NCBI GenBank assembly: GCA_964643765.1
Contig: CAZXTM010000002.1
Location: 81,237 to 145,236 of the forward strand
Origin: an uncultured Bifidobacteriaceae bacterium
GTDB lineage: Bacteria > Acidobacteriota > Vicinamibacteria > Vicinamibacterales > UBA2999
Length of the DNA stretch: 64,000 nucleotides
Direction of reading: 5' to 3'
The notes below the pieces were generated by a model. The model made no database searches, was not told the DNA's origin, and saw only the letters and a program-made list of their open reading frames with translations. Positions 11,087 to 19,017 of this stretch are shown one piece after another. Position 1 is the stretch's first letter. Each line of letters begins with the position of its first letter. A program made the translations under genes and the position numbers.

Positions 11087-11596
11087 CTACTCGCTGCCCG
11101 ACACCATCATGCCGATGCCGACGACGACCATCACCAGGCCACCACCAGCCAGCAGCACGGCAAGCGCGATCGCCATGGCCTTTTCGCGTCCTTCGCTGAT
11201 CGTGCCGTCGAGATAGGCCCCATCATCAGGTGTCGGCCCCACGTGCACCGCTACGGGCGCGCCCAAAGGAAACCGATCACACACCGCCTGCGCACCTCCG
11301 CGCGTGACATACGCGGGATCTTCCAGCACATGAATCCGTGTACCCGTTCTCACCTGCCCATGCGCCTGGTACTGATAGGCGATGCGCGGCGCATATCGGA
11401 CCGACGTCTCAGTGCTACCATCTGAATTGGTCGACTCTTCCTCAAGCTCTTCGAGGCCATTGGTAGTGATGGTGCCGGTCACCGCCGGCCATGTCACCTT
11501 CAGCCGTGCCTCGGCCAGTTGATGCTGCCGCTGTGTGAACGTGTATCGTGCCAGCCAGATCAGTGCGACGCCAACCAGTAGTGTGACGATTCCCAT
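11087..11596 (-). CDS. DUF3592-like membrane protein
   Basis: An N-terminal TM helix (GIVTLLVGVALIWLA), a soluble beta-rich middle and a C-terminal TM helix (AIALAVLLAGGGLVMVVVGIGMM). A strong SD (GAGGAGGGGG) lies just upstream of the ATG at 11596. Confidence 0.5.
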   Translation of the reverse strand: MGIVTLLVGVALIWLARYTFTQRQHQLAEARLKVTWPAVTGTITTNGLEELEEESTNSDGSTETSVRYAPRIAYQYQAHGQVRTGTRIHVLEDPAYVTRGGAQAVCDRFPLGAPVAVHVGPTPDDGAYLDGTISEGREKAMAIALAVLLAGGGLVMVVVGIGMMVSGSE

Positions 11597-11882
11597 TACC
11601 CCCTCCTCTTCTGGCGGTTCTGCCCGCCTGCTGCCGGACACCCTATCGCAAACCGCACGCCTTGGCGAGTCTCTTCGCGGGAACCTCTCGACCGCGGGCT
11701 AGACAGCATATGTGAGACTCTCATGAAACGCGGGCGCGAAGCCTGGACCATGCGCAACAGCCGTTCGTCCGACGTCCTGCACGCCTGGCACAGCCACAAC
11801 GTCGATGGCGGGCCTCGATCCCTGGCGCGTTCAGCGCCTGCCAGCGTCCGTTCTCGGCTACCATAACCTCAGGGATGTCGTC

Positions 11883-12578
11883 ATGCGTTCGCTAAATCTG
11901 GTGGGGGGTGAGAAGGGAGGCGTCGGCAAGTCTGTTGTCTCACGGCTGCTGGCGCAGTACTTCATCGACACGGGCCGAGCGTTCATCGGGTTCGACACCG
12001 ACCGGTCGCATACGTCGTTTGCCCGCCATTATCCGGCACACGCGTCCCCCGTCATCGTCGACTCCTACGAGGGCCTCGATGGCATCGTTGAGACGCTGGT
12101 CTCAGGCGCCGACACCAGCGCCATCGTCGACCTGGCGGCGCAGACGCTGGCACCGGTGTCGCAGTGGATGACCGATTCCGATGTGCTGGGCCTGATGCTC
12201 GACGTGGGCATCGCCGTCAACGTCTGGCATGTATCAGACGGAGGCCAGGAATCCGTCGAACTGCTGGCTGAGCTGACACGACGCTATCGCGACCGCCCCT
12301 CGTATGTCGTCGTGCGCAACACGGGTCGCGGACACGACTTCAGCCACCTCGACACGTCGTCTGGCCTGGCGGACGCCCAGCGTTTCGGCGCAGATGTCAT
12401 CACCGTGCCACACCTGCATGAAGCCTGCATGCGCAAGGTCGACCGCGCCGGAGTGTCATTCGGCGAGGCCTTGCTCACCGAGCTGCCGGGTGGACCGGTG
12501 CTCGGCCTGCTGGAGCGTCAGCGACTGAAGACCTGGCTGCGCCAGTCCTTCGCTGAATTCGTACGCCTGGCCGTCTAG
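11883..12578 (+). CDS. ParA-superfamily P-loop ATPase, plasmid TraL/MobD-like
   Basis: A deviant Walker A (GGEKGGVGKS) is followed by IGFDTDRSH, as in IncP TraL-type and partition ATPases. About 230 aa, starting at the ATG at 11883 within ORF 11805..12578. Confidence 0.65.
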   Translation: MRSLNLVGGEKGGVGKSVVSRLLAQYFIDTGRAFIGFDTDRSHTSFARHYPAHASPVIVDSYEGLDGIVETLVSGADTSAIVDLAAQTLAPVSQWMTDSDVLGLMLDVGIAVNVWHVSDGGQESVELLAELTRRYRDRPSYVVVRNTGRGHDFSHLDTSSGLADAQRFGADVITVPHLHEACMRKVDRAGVSFGEALLTELPGGPVLGLLERQRLKTWLRQSFAEFVRLAV

Positions 12579-12615
12579 CGGGGCGCCCGTGGGCGCCCCT
12601 GCGAGCCCGTGCTCG

Positions 12616-13266
12616 TCAGAACCGGCGGGACAACCCCAGACTGAACATTATCGTCCCGTGCGCCGATGGCCGGATGTCGATGGCCACGCCGGCCGTCGCT
12701 TCCCAGCCGGCGGTTAATGGTCGCCCAAATTCGGCACCCACCCGGAACAAGTTCAGACCGCCTTCAGGGTCGAATTCACGACCAGCCCCGGCAGACACCG
12801 TCCAGGCGTTCGCGGGTTTCCAGCTCAGCATCAGGGCCGGGGCCACAGGCCGCGAGCGTCGAATGCCCCCCTCATCACTATCGTCGCCATCCACCACCAC
12901 GACCAGGCTCTCGATGGTCAGGTCGGTGTGCACGCCGACGGCCCACCGGCTGTTCACCCAGTAGTTGTAGTTGAAGCCCCACCCCGCGACGGTCAGCCAC
13001 TCCGTACGCCCAGTATCCGACGCGCCTGACGGGACGTGCACATGAGACAGTGACAGGTTGAGTTCGTGGCGTCCCTCCTCGGACATTTCTTCACTGTCAG
13101 ATTCAGCGGCATCAGCCGTGGGACTCGGTGCGGTCGGCTCCTGTGCGGAAGCGCCAGAGGGCACCCCGCACAACACCAGGGCAAACACCGCGGGGAGCGC
13201 GGCAAGGAAAGGGACGCGGGAACGGTGACAAACCATCGAGAGTGACATGGCCCGATAGTTTTGCAC
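12616..13266 (-). CDS. exported beta-barrel-like protein, unknown function
   Basis: It has a signal peptide (LAALPAVFALVLCGVPSGASAQE), an acidic linker and alternating aromatic beta-strand pattern (WGFNYNYWV). The terminal residue is F, typical of OM proteins. Confidence 0.45.
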   Translation of the reverse strand: MQNYRAMSLSMVCHRSRVPFLAALPAVFALVLCGVPSGASAQEPTAPSPTADAAESDSEEMSEEGRHELNLSLSHVHVPSGASDTGRTEWLTVAGWGFNYNYWVNSRWAVGVHTDLTIESLVVVVDGDDSDEGGIRRSRPVAPALMLSWKPANAWTVSAGAGREFDPEGGLNLFRVGAEFGRPLTAGWEATAGVAIDIRPSAHGTIMFSLGLSRRF

Positions 13267-13315
13267 GAAGATGCACTGTCGTGTCTTGAACGACAGAGGC
13301 TGGCCACACCTCCGG

Positions 13316-13613
13316 CATAATGCGCGCCAGCCACCATGGGAGGTGTCCGATGAATGCTCTGCGCGGCATCCTGCTGCTGTCGCTGCTCGCTGCCGGTCTG
13401 CTCGTTGCTGCCGTTACGGCCCAGAGCTATCCGCATGCCTTTCCGCGCACGGGCGTGACGAAGCTCTTCGAGAACGAGCGCGTTATCGCCTGGGACGTGA
13501 AGTGGCTGCACGACGTGCCGCAGCCCTACCACCGCCATCAGCACGACATGGCCGGCGTCTACACCGTATACGGCCCGATTCAGGTCATCGGCCTCGACGG
13601 CACCGTCGCGCCC
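13316..13613 (+). repeat. 298-bp segmental duplication, copy A (promoter-proximal region plus first 98 codons of the cupin-like gene)
   Basis: It aligns to 19018..19315. The core from TATCCGCATGCC to GTCGCxCCC shows 7 substitutions in 186 nt, counted by eye. Confidence 0.85.
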
Positions 13614-13679
13614 TCCCCCGACTGGCCCTCGTGCACGGGCCGCTTACGCGACATCGTCGTCCTTCGGCGATGTGGCTGA
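13350..13679 (+). pseudogene. truncated paralog of secreted cupin-like protein (N-terminal about 88 aa conserved, then unrelated tail)
   Basis: MNALRGILLLSLLAAGLLVAAVTAQSYPHAFPRTGVTKLFENERVIAWDVKWLHD... matches the gene at 19052..19756 up to ..GLDGTVAP. It then diverges and stops after 22 codons. Confidence 0.6.
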
Positions 13680-13898
13680 TGCGCAGCGCCGGCGTGCGCG
13701 GGCCGTCGCTGCTCCTGGGGCTGGTGCGCGGCTGGGACTTCGGGGTCCGCGTTGGCTTACACATCCTCACGAGCGGCGGATTCCATATCACGGCGCTGGC
13801 GAACTGCCGTTGGGGGGTCGCCTGCGACGCGGCGGGGCCGGAAAATTTTGCGGTGTTTCTCACGCCCCCCGAGGCACCCCTAGGTGCAGGATGTGGGG

Positions 13899-13925
13899 GT
13901 GGAGACCGTCTCCACAATGTCTCCA
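13899..13925. repeat. 17-bp palindrome plus third heptamer copy (GTCTCCA motif x3) near the island end
   Basis: The palindrome is GTGGAGAC-C-GTCTCCAC (13899-13915). Another GTCTCCA follows at 13919-13925. The cluster lies about 130 bp inside the attR-like repeat. Confidence 0.5.
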
Positions 13926-14053
13926 ACATTGGGGACCACAGGCGGCGAACGGGGGCGACCCCCGTCCACCGGTGTCCACTGGCTAAGTTGTTCCAGTGAA
14001 AGCGTTTAGGACCAGAACCACTGCGCCATCACTCATTTACACTGAATCGTGCC

Positions 14054-14082
14054 TCGGGGTTCGAATCCCTGCCTCCCAGCCA
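14054..14082 (+). repeat. 29-bp direct repeat, copy 2 (orphan tRNA-Gln 3' fragment; attR-like)
   Basis: Identical to 9997..10025. No 5' tRNA half lies upstream, so it is not a functional tRNA. Confidence 0.85.
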
Positions 14083-14205
14083 TCAGACACAATTGATCCA
14101 AGTCTGGAACCTGCCGCCTTTCGGCCCGGCCGGGCTCGAGTGCGCATCAGCGCACTCCCTCGGACCGAGGTCTGCTGTCGGAAGGGCACTCCGCGCGAGT
14201 GCTGC

Positions 14206-14895
14206 CTAGAGGGCCGCGATGTCGCGCAGCCGCGCTTCGAGCACCAGGCGGCGGCGCTGGCTCGCGGCGTCCGGTGGCAGAAAGCCACTGAGGGCGTCGA
14301 GGAAGTCGCGGTGGTCCAGCAACGCTCCCACCTCCGCGGCGATACAGGCGCGGACGTCGGCAGCCGCACGGGCGATTTCGCCTGGCAATTCGGCGCGGCC
14401 ATCGACCACGGTGACGATGTCTTCCAGGTCGTGGCTGGCGAAGAAGTCGCCGCGACCGCGCCCCCGGAAGGCGTCGAGCTTCGTCGCCACGAAGAGTGCC
14501 GGGGTGACCAGCCGGACGCGGTGATCAGCGATGTCGAGCGCGTGCGCCGTCGCCAGGGCCGTTGGGTACCAGCGATTGCTGAAGCCGAGAATGCGTTCGT
14601 CTACGGGCATCACGTCGACCACGACGCCGTCGCGGCGCCACCGACACATCGGCGCACTGGGCGACGTGTCCTCGCCAAGTCCCAGTGCGCGCAGGCGCTC
14701 GCCGAGCGTGGCGTAGCCGGCGTAGGACGCGACATCGACGATCGCGTCGACGTCCACGGTGGGACGAACACCGGCGGCCGCTGGGTCGGTGATGAAGAGG
14801 CCCGTCGTGCAGCCGCCGACGAACACGAGATCGTCGAGCACTGGCCCGAGCAGCCGCACGACCGACTCGAAGTGTACGCGATTCGGGTCAGCCAC
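14206..14895 (-). CDS. Pol-beta-fold nucleotidyltransferase, AbiEii/type IV toxin-like
   Basis: NTase motif LVFVGGCTTGLFI...RPTVDVDAIV (GG..x..DxD). 229 aa. It overlaps the upstream wHTH gene by 8 nt. Confidence 0.65.
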   Translation of the reverse strand: MADPNRVHFESVVRLLGPVLDDLVFVGGCTTGLFITDPAAAGVRPTVDVDAIVDVASYAGYATLGERLRALGLGEDTSPSAPMCRWRRDGVVVDVMPVDERILGFSNRWYPTALATAHALDIADHRVRLVTPALFVATKLDAFRGRGRGDFFASHDLEDIVTVVDGRAELPGEIARAAADVRACIAAEVGALLDHRDFLDALSGFLPPDAASQRRRLVLEARLRDIAAL

Positions 14896-15415
14896 GAAGC
14901 CGGCTCCGGAGGAGCGCGCTGAGTGCCTTCTCTGCCAGGTGCCGCTCCCGCACGCGCCCGTCCCGCAGGGCGTCGATCAGGCCCAGCAGTTCGTACAGCC
15001 GAGGGTCCTTTCGCGCGGCGTTCGGCACGGCCTTGTGCAGCGGCTCGAAGCTGCTGCCGCGCACCTCACCCTCGGGATCCGGCCACACAGGCGGCAGTTC
15101 GCCCGCGCTGACGATCTGGTGGCGTAGCGGTGCAGCGGCATGCGCGGTCGGCAGCCCCCGGGTCGGCTCGCCACGCCGGGCAGGGAACGCGTATTTCACC
15201 GCGTGGACGAAGAACTCTTCGACCGGCTTCAGGAGGGGCCGGCCAGACTGGCCGTCGAGCAGTCGCGAACGCTCGAGACGCTTCAGCGACGCGTGCACCT
15301 GGGATGCACTGAGCGACAGATCGCTCGCCACCTGGGCCAGCGACGGGCGCTCTCCGCCATAGGCGACCAGCTTGGCCAGCACCATCACGTCCTGGGACAA
15401 GAGCCCGTGAGCCAT
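14888..15415 (-). CDS. winged-helix DNA-binding protein, AbiEi-like antitoxin/regulator candidate
   Basis: An N-terminal wHTH (PSLAQVASDLSLSASQVHASLKRLERSRLLD). It is translationally coupled to the downstream NTase. A palindromic operator overlaps its promoter. Confidence 0.6.
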   Translation of the reverse strand: MAHGLLSQDVMVLAKLVAYGGERPSLAQVASDLSLSASQVHASLKRLERSRLLDGQSGRPLLKPVEEFFVHAVKYAFPARRGEPTRGLPTAHAAAPLRHQIVSAGELPPVWPDPEGEVRGSSFEPLHKAVPNAARKDPRLYELLGLIDALRDGRVRERHLAEKALSALLRSRLRG

Positions 15416-15418
15416 TCC

Positions 15419-15449
15419 ATATTCTAGATTCTGGAATATCGAATGACAA
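15419..15449 (-). promoter_or_regulatory. near-consensus promoter with overlapping inverted repeat; predicts a leaderless wHTH mRNA
   Basis: On the minus strand: TTGTCA (15449-15444), a 17-nt spacer and TAGAAT (15426-15421), with the ATG beginning 6 nt after the -10. The inverted repeat ATATTC-N9-GAATAT (15419-15439) with core TCTAGA overlaps the spacer and -10. Confidence 0.5.
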
Positions 15450-15723
15450 GCCCTCGTGGCTGTGCGGCGATCACGACCCGGTAGCGACGCTCGTGCCAGA
15501 CACCCAGCCAGTTCCGCCCTGAAAAACGCATTGCTGCTCGCACCGATGCGGCTCGCCGTTCAGGCAACGCGGATACTTCCCACCGGATACCCTCAGGCAA
15601 CCGCACCCACCGCCCAAGCAGACCCTGAGATCCAACGTCCCAGCCCAGTCGAGCGATGCACGATGGTCGCCGGGGCTGTCTAGGTCTGCGGCCCGGCTGC
15701 GTATCCTCGACGCACGCGGACTC

Positions 15724-15888
15724 TCAGCCCGCGCGCCCCACCACGACGTTACCGAGTGAGCCTCGAAATGTGATGTCGGTCGCAAGCACCTCGGGGAAGA
15801 CCGGGGTGTCCCACCAATTCCACACGCGCGCATACCAGCGACGAATCAGCTATTCGGGGGTGGCCCCGTGCAGGGCGGCACTCATCAT
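15724..15888 (-). pseudogene. remnant of a SnoaL/ester-cyclase-like gene (in-frame TAG, truncated)
   Basis: The minus-strand frame reads MMSAALHGATPE-TAG-LIRRWYARVWNWWDTPVFPEVLATDITFRGSLGNVVVGRAG-TGA. The RRWYxxVWN..D....L..D pattern is typical of SnoaL-like N-termini. The rest of the domain is not recoverable. Confidence 0.3.
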
Positions 15889-15989
15889 GCTCCCTTCGAG
15901 AATGTCGTGTGAGGCCTGGCCCGGCGCAGATTTCACTGAAGATCGAGTGGCCCCCGCCGAGCCTGCCCGAGCGCCGCACGGCGCATCTC

Positions 15990-16472
15990 TCAGGGCGTGC
16001 GCGGATCGAGCAGGCGTTCCTCGATGCGATAGGCGTGAAACAAGTCGTGCAGCGCGAGATGACGAAACATGATGAATACCGAGTAGCGGTTGTATTCAGG
16101 ATGCGACGCAGAGATGTCCCACTGCGCAGGCGACAGCGTGCGCAACCGCGACACCATCGCCTCCCGCTCTGATGCGTAGCGCGTCATCGCCTCACCAAGG
16201 TCCACACCCAGCAGCGCATCGTCGGCATCGTCGTCTGCGGGGTTGTAAGGGCGAATCACCGGTGCGGGGTCGCCAAGCATGTCGTCGAGCCGTGCCATGA
16301 ACAACGGCTGCACGGCGGCCAGGTGGCACGCGTGCTCGTGCGCCGACCACTTTGACGGGGACGGCCGCTGTTTCGCCCGGCTGGGAGGCACATCGGCCAC
16401 GAGGTCAATGACCACGGCGGGGCCACGCGCCAATTGGTCGAGCAGCCGGGCAAGAGTCGGGGCATCAGGCAT
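15990..16472 (-). CDS. DinB/YfiT-like metal-dependent hydrolase family protein
   Basis: It has the histidine pattern of DinB four-helix bundles (WSAHEHACHL ... FRHLALHDLFHAYRI). The ATG at 16472 is preceded by GGAGGA. The longer ORF extending to 16598 was rejected. Confidence 0.75.
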   Translation of the reverse strand: MPDAPTLARLLDQLARGPAVVIDLVADVPPSRAKQRPSPSKWSAHEHACHLAAVQPLFMARLDDMLGDPAPVIRPYNPADDDADDALLGVDLGEAMTRYASEREAMVSRLRTLSPAQWDISASHPEYNRYSVFIMFRHLALHDLFHAYRIEERLLDPRTP

Positions 16473-16829
16473 CGTGTCCTCCAGAGGGCCGCCGCAGCTG
16501 TGGCAGCGCCTCATCATGCTCGCGCGATCGGCCGTGCCTAGCGTACTCCGACGCCTGCGACGGGTTGAGATGGCCGACCAACAGACGTCGCCAATCACCT
16601 CGGAGACACCCCCTCGAGGACATGTTCATGCCGGGAAGTGACCGGCGGCACCCTCGACCCACGCTCGAGAGCGTGCGACGCGGCCCGGCCCCGGTGCCCA
16701 TGGCTGCGGTGACACTGGCGCACTGTTTGTGAGGAAACAGTCTGCGCACGGCCGACGGGGGCTGAGGCAACGCGCGATACGTCCCCGAGATGTGCGATTG
16801 AGGACAGGGCCCGAACGACAGGAATCTCA

Positions 16830-17465
16830 ATGATATCGCCCTCACAGGATGTACGATATCGTCGTCCCATGCACGCGCCGCGTCCTGCCTCGCTCCTGCA
16901 CCGCCCCGCCCGTCGCCGCGACGCCCGTGCATTGCTGCGTCTCCCCGCAGACCTGCACGCCCGCCTCACGGCCTCCGCCAGGAACGCCGGCCTGTCATTT
17001 AACGAGTATTGCGTGCGCCAACTCACCGCACCACCACTCGCCGCCGACAACACCGGGCCACGCACCAAGGTGGTGACTCAGGGGCTGTCGCAATTCGGTG
17101 GCCACCTGCTGGGTGCTATCGTCATGGGTTCGTGGGCCCGAGGGGACTCCGCCGCGGCCTCGGACATCGATGTGCTGCTCGTTCTGAGCCACGATACGCC
17201 CCTGAATCGCAACCTGTACCGTCGCTGGGACGAGACACCCCAAACCATCGACGGGCGTGCCGTGGATGTGCACTTCGTGCACCTCCCCGACGCTGGCGCC
17301 CCGCCGACGACGGTGTGGTGCGAAGCGGCGGTGGATGGCCAGGTCTGGTATGACCGCCACGGCAGTGTCGGCGCTCGGCTCGCGGAGGTAAGACGGGCTA
17401 TCGCGAATGGTCAGGTGGTGCGGACTTTCGTCCACGGTCAGCCGTACTGGAAAGGAGCGGCCTGA
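16830..17465 (+). CDS. RHH (CopG/HicB-like) DNA-binding domain fused to minimal nucleotidyltransferase (MntA-like antitoxin)
   Basis: The RHH segment is LLRLPADLHARLTASARNAGLSFNEYCVRQL. The NTase motif is GAIVMGSWARGDSAAASDIDVLLVL. AGGA lies 7 nt upstream of the ATG at 16830; an alternative start is at 16869. Confidence 0.75.
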   Translation: MISPSQDVRYRRPMHAPRPASLLHRPARRRDARALLRLPADLHARLTASARNAGLSFNEYCVRQLTAPPLAADNTGPRTKVVTQGLSQFGGHLLGAIVMGSWARGDSAAASDIDVLLVLSHDTPLNRNLYRRWDETPQTIDGRAVDVHFVHLPDAGAPPTTVWCEAAVDGQVWYDRHGSVGARLAEVRRAIANGQVVRTFVHGQPYWKGAA

Positions 17466-17466
17466 C

Positions 17467-17886
17467 ATGCGCAATCGTCACCTGGCTGCGGACCACCTGA
17501 ACCGCGCGACCGCGCGCCTGGCCGCGCTCGATGTGCTGTTCGCCCACGAAAGCTGGGCCGATGTCGTGCGCGAGGCGCAGGAAATCGTCGAACTGTCTCT
17601 CAAAGGCCTGCTTCGGCACTGCGGTGTCGATCCCCCGCGCATCCATGACGTGGCCGATGTGATCCTGGCCGAGGAATCACGACTGCCGGCCGATCTGGCC
17701 GCGCACATCGACACCCTGGTGAAGGCCTCCCGCGCCCTGCGGCGCGATCGCGAATTGGCCTTCTATGGAGCCGAGGACCTGACGCCCTCCACGTTTTATC
17801 GCGAGGGTGATGCCGTGCTCGCACGCGACCAGGCCAGGGCCGTCGTGGCGCTCGTGCGTCCTCACGTTACTGCCGGACCGGCCTGA
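17467..17886 (+). CDS. HEPN domain protein (HepT-like toxin candidate)
   Basis: 139 aa and all-helical, with a HEPN-like segment (LSLKGLLRHCGVDPPRIHDVADVIL). The ATG lies 1 nt after the NTase stop, giving the classic MNT-HEPN gene order. Confidence 0.7.
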   Translation: MRNRHLAADHLNRATARLAALDVLFAHESWADVVREAQEIVELSLKGLLRHCGVDPPRIHDVADVILAEESRLPADLAAHIDTLVKASRALRRDRELAFYGAEDLTPSTFYREGDAVLARDQARAVVALVRPHVTAGPA

Positions 17887-17964
17887 CCTGCCGCGCGCAT
17901 TCGGAGCGCGACCCGCATCCGTCCCCGCGTCAGGTAGCCGAGGGCCGCACGCGCTCATGTCCCG

Positions 17965-18849
17965 CTAGCGCTGCCGGCTCTGCGCGAAGGTGTCACACGC
18001 CTCGACCGTGCCCTCGGTGAGGCCGCGGCGCAGCCACTGCGCCCGCTGGTCGGCCGAGCCGTGCGTCCACGACTCCGGCGCCACGCGCCGTCCCGACCGC
18101 CGCTGCAGCGTGTCGTCACCGATGGCCGCCGCCGCCCGCAGGCCCTCTTCAATGTCACCAGGGTCGAGCAGCTGCCGGCTGGCCGCATGGTGCGCCCACA
18201 CCCCGGCGAAGCAGTCGGCCTGCAGTTCCTGCAGCACCGACAGCCGGTTGCCCTCGGCCTCGCCGGCCCGCTGACGCGCCGCCGTCACCTGCCGCGACAG
18301 ACCGAGCAGCGTCTGCACATGGTGCCCGACCTCGTGTGCCACCACATACGCCTGGGCAAAGTCACCCGGTGCGCCAAACTCTTCGTCGAGCTGGCGGAAG
18401 AAGGTGAGGTCGATGTACAGCTGCCGATCGGCCGGGCAGTAGAACGGCCCCACCGCCGACGAGTTGGTGCCGCAGGCCGACTGCACCGCCTCGTCGAACA
18501 GCACCAGCGTCGGAGCCGCATACGACTGGCCCGCGGCCCCGAACACGCGCGTCCACGCATCCTCGGTCGACCCCAGCACCCGCGACACGAACTGCCCCTG
18601 CGGGTCATCAGGCACCCCGGCCGCACCGCGCGCCACCGGCGAGTCGTCGACGACCCCGCCTCCCACTCCGCCTCCCACTCCGCCCGTCAGCTGCAGCAGT
18701 GACTGCGGGTCGGCGCCCGTCATCCAGCTGACGAGCAGCACGATCACAATCGCTCCGAGACCGAGCTCGCCGCCCGCCGCGCCCCCCGGCACGCGCCGTC
18801 CGCGACGATCGTCAATGTTGCCGCTTGCCCGCTGCTGCTCCAACCGCAT
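17965..18849 (-). CDS. YpfJ-family neutral zinc metallopeptidase
   Basis: The N-terminus is ...SGNIDDRRGRR, followed by a TM helix, and the zinc motif is HEVGHHVQ. The length and layout are typical of the PF04228-type family. Confidence 0.85.
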   Translation of the reverse strand: MRLEQQRASGNIDDRRGRRVPGGAAGGELGLGAIVIVLLVSWMTGADPQSLLQLTGGVGGGVGGGVVDDSPVARGAAGVPDDPQGQFVSRVLGSTEDAWTRVFGAAGQSYAAPTLVLFDEAVQSACGTNSSAVGPFYCPADRQLYIDLTFFRQLDEEFGAPGDFAQAYVVAHEVGHHVQTLLGLSRQVTAARQRAGEAEGNRLSVLQELQADCFAGVWAHHAASRQLLDPGDIEEGLRAAAAIGDDTLQRRSGRRVAPESWTHGSADQRAQWLRRGLTEGTVEACDTFAQSRQR

Positions 18850-19017
18850 CGCCGCCGCCCGCTCTGCCCGCGCACACTGTCATCCGCGACACCGGGGCCA
18901 CCCGCCGCCCCCCGCGCTGCGCCTCCGCGCCCGCGACTCCCACCGCGCCACGCCGACCGTGCCCCTCAGCGACGCATGATACGCCGCCCGGGCTGCCGCG
19001 TTTCGGGGCCGGTCTGA

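Larger units (their letters stand above)
10026..14082. mobile_element. degraded tRNA-Gln-integrated genomic island (no integrase present)
   Basis: It is bounded by the intact tRNA-Gln and a perfect 29-bp copy of its 3' end. G+C is locally lower. It carries a ParA/TraL-like ATPase, two OM beta-barrel-like genes and a truncated gene copy. No recombinase ORF was seen in any frame. Confidence 0.6.

Noticed and set aside
13949-14053. tRNA-like or terminator-like elements just upstream of the attR-like repeat (hairpin ACGGGGG-CGA-CCCCCGT; GGCGCAGTGGTTCTGGTCC on the minus strand resembling a D-arm)
   Set aside because: No complete cloverleaf can be drawn: there is no acceptor pairing and no T-arm. 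The hairpin lacks a U-tract on either strand.
15471-15833. 120-aa and neighbouring small ORFs (15424-15606, 15656-16072, 15749-15979) as real genes in the 570-bp gap
   Set aside because: They have Arg/Gly/Cys-rich compositions, no motifs and overlap one another. The only protein-like stretch is the interrupted SnoaL-like fragment, reported as a remnant.
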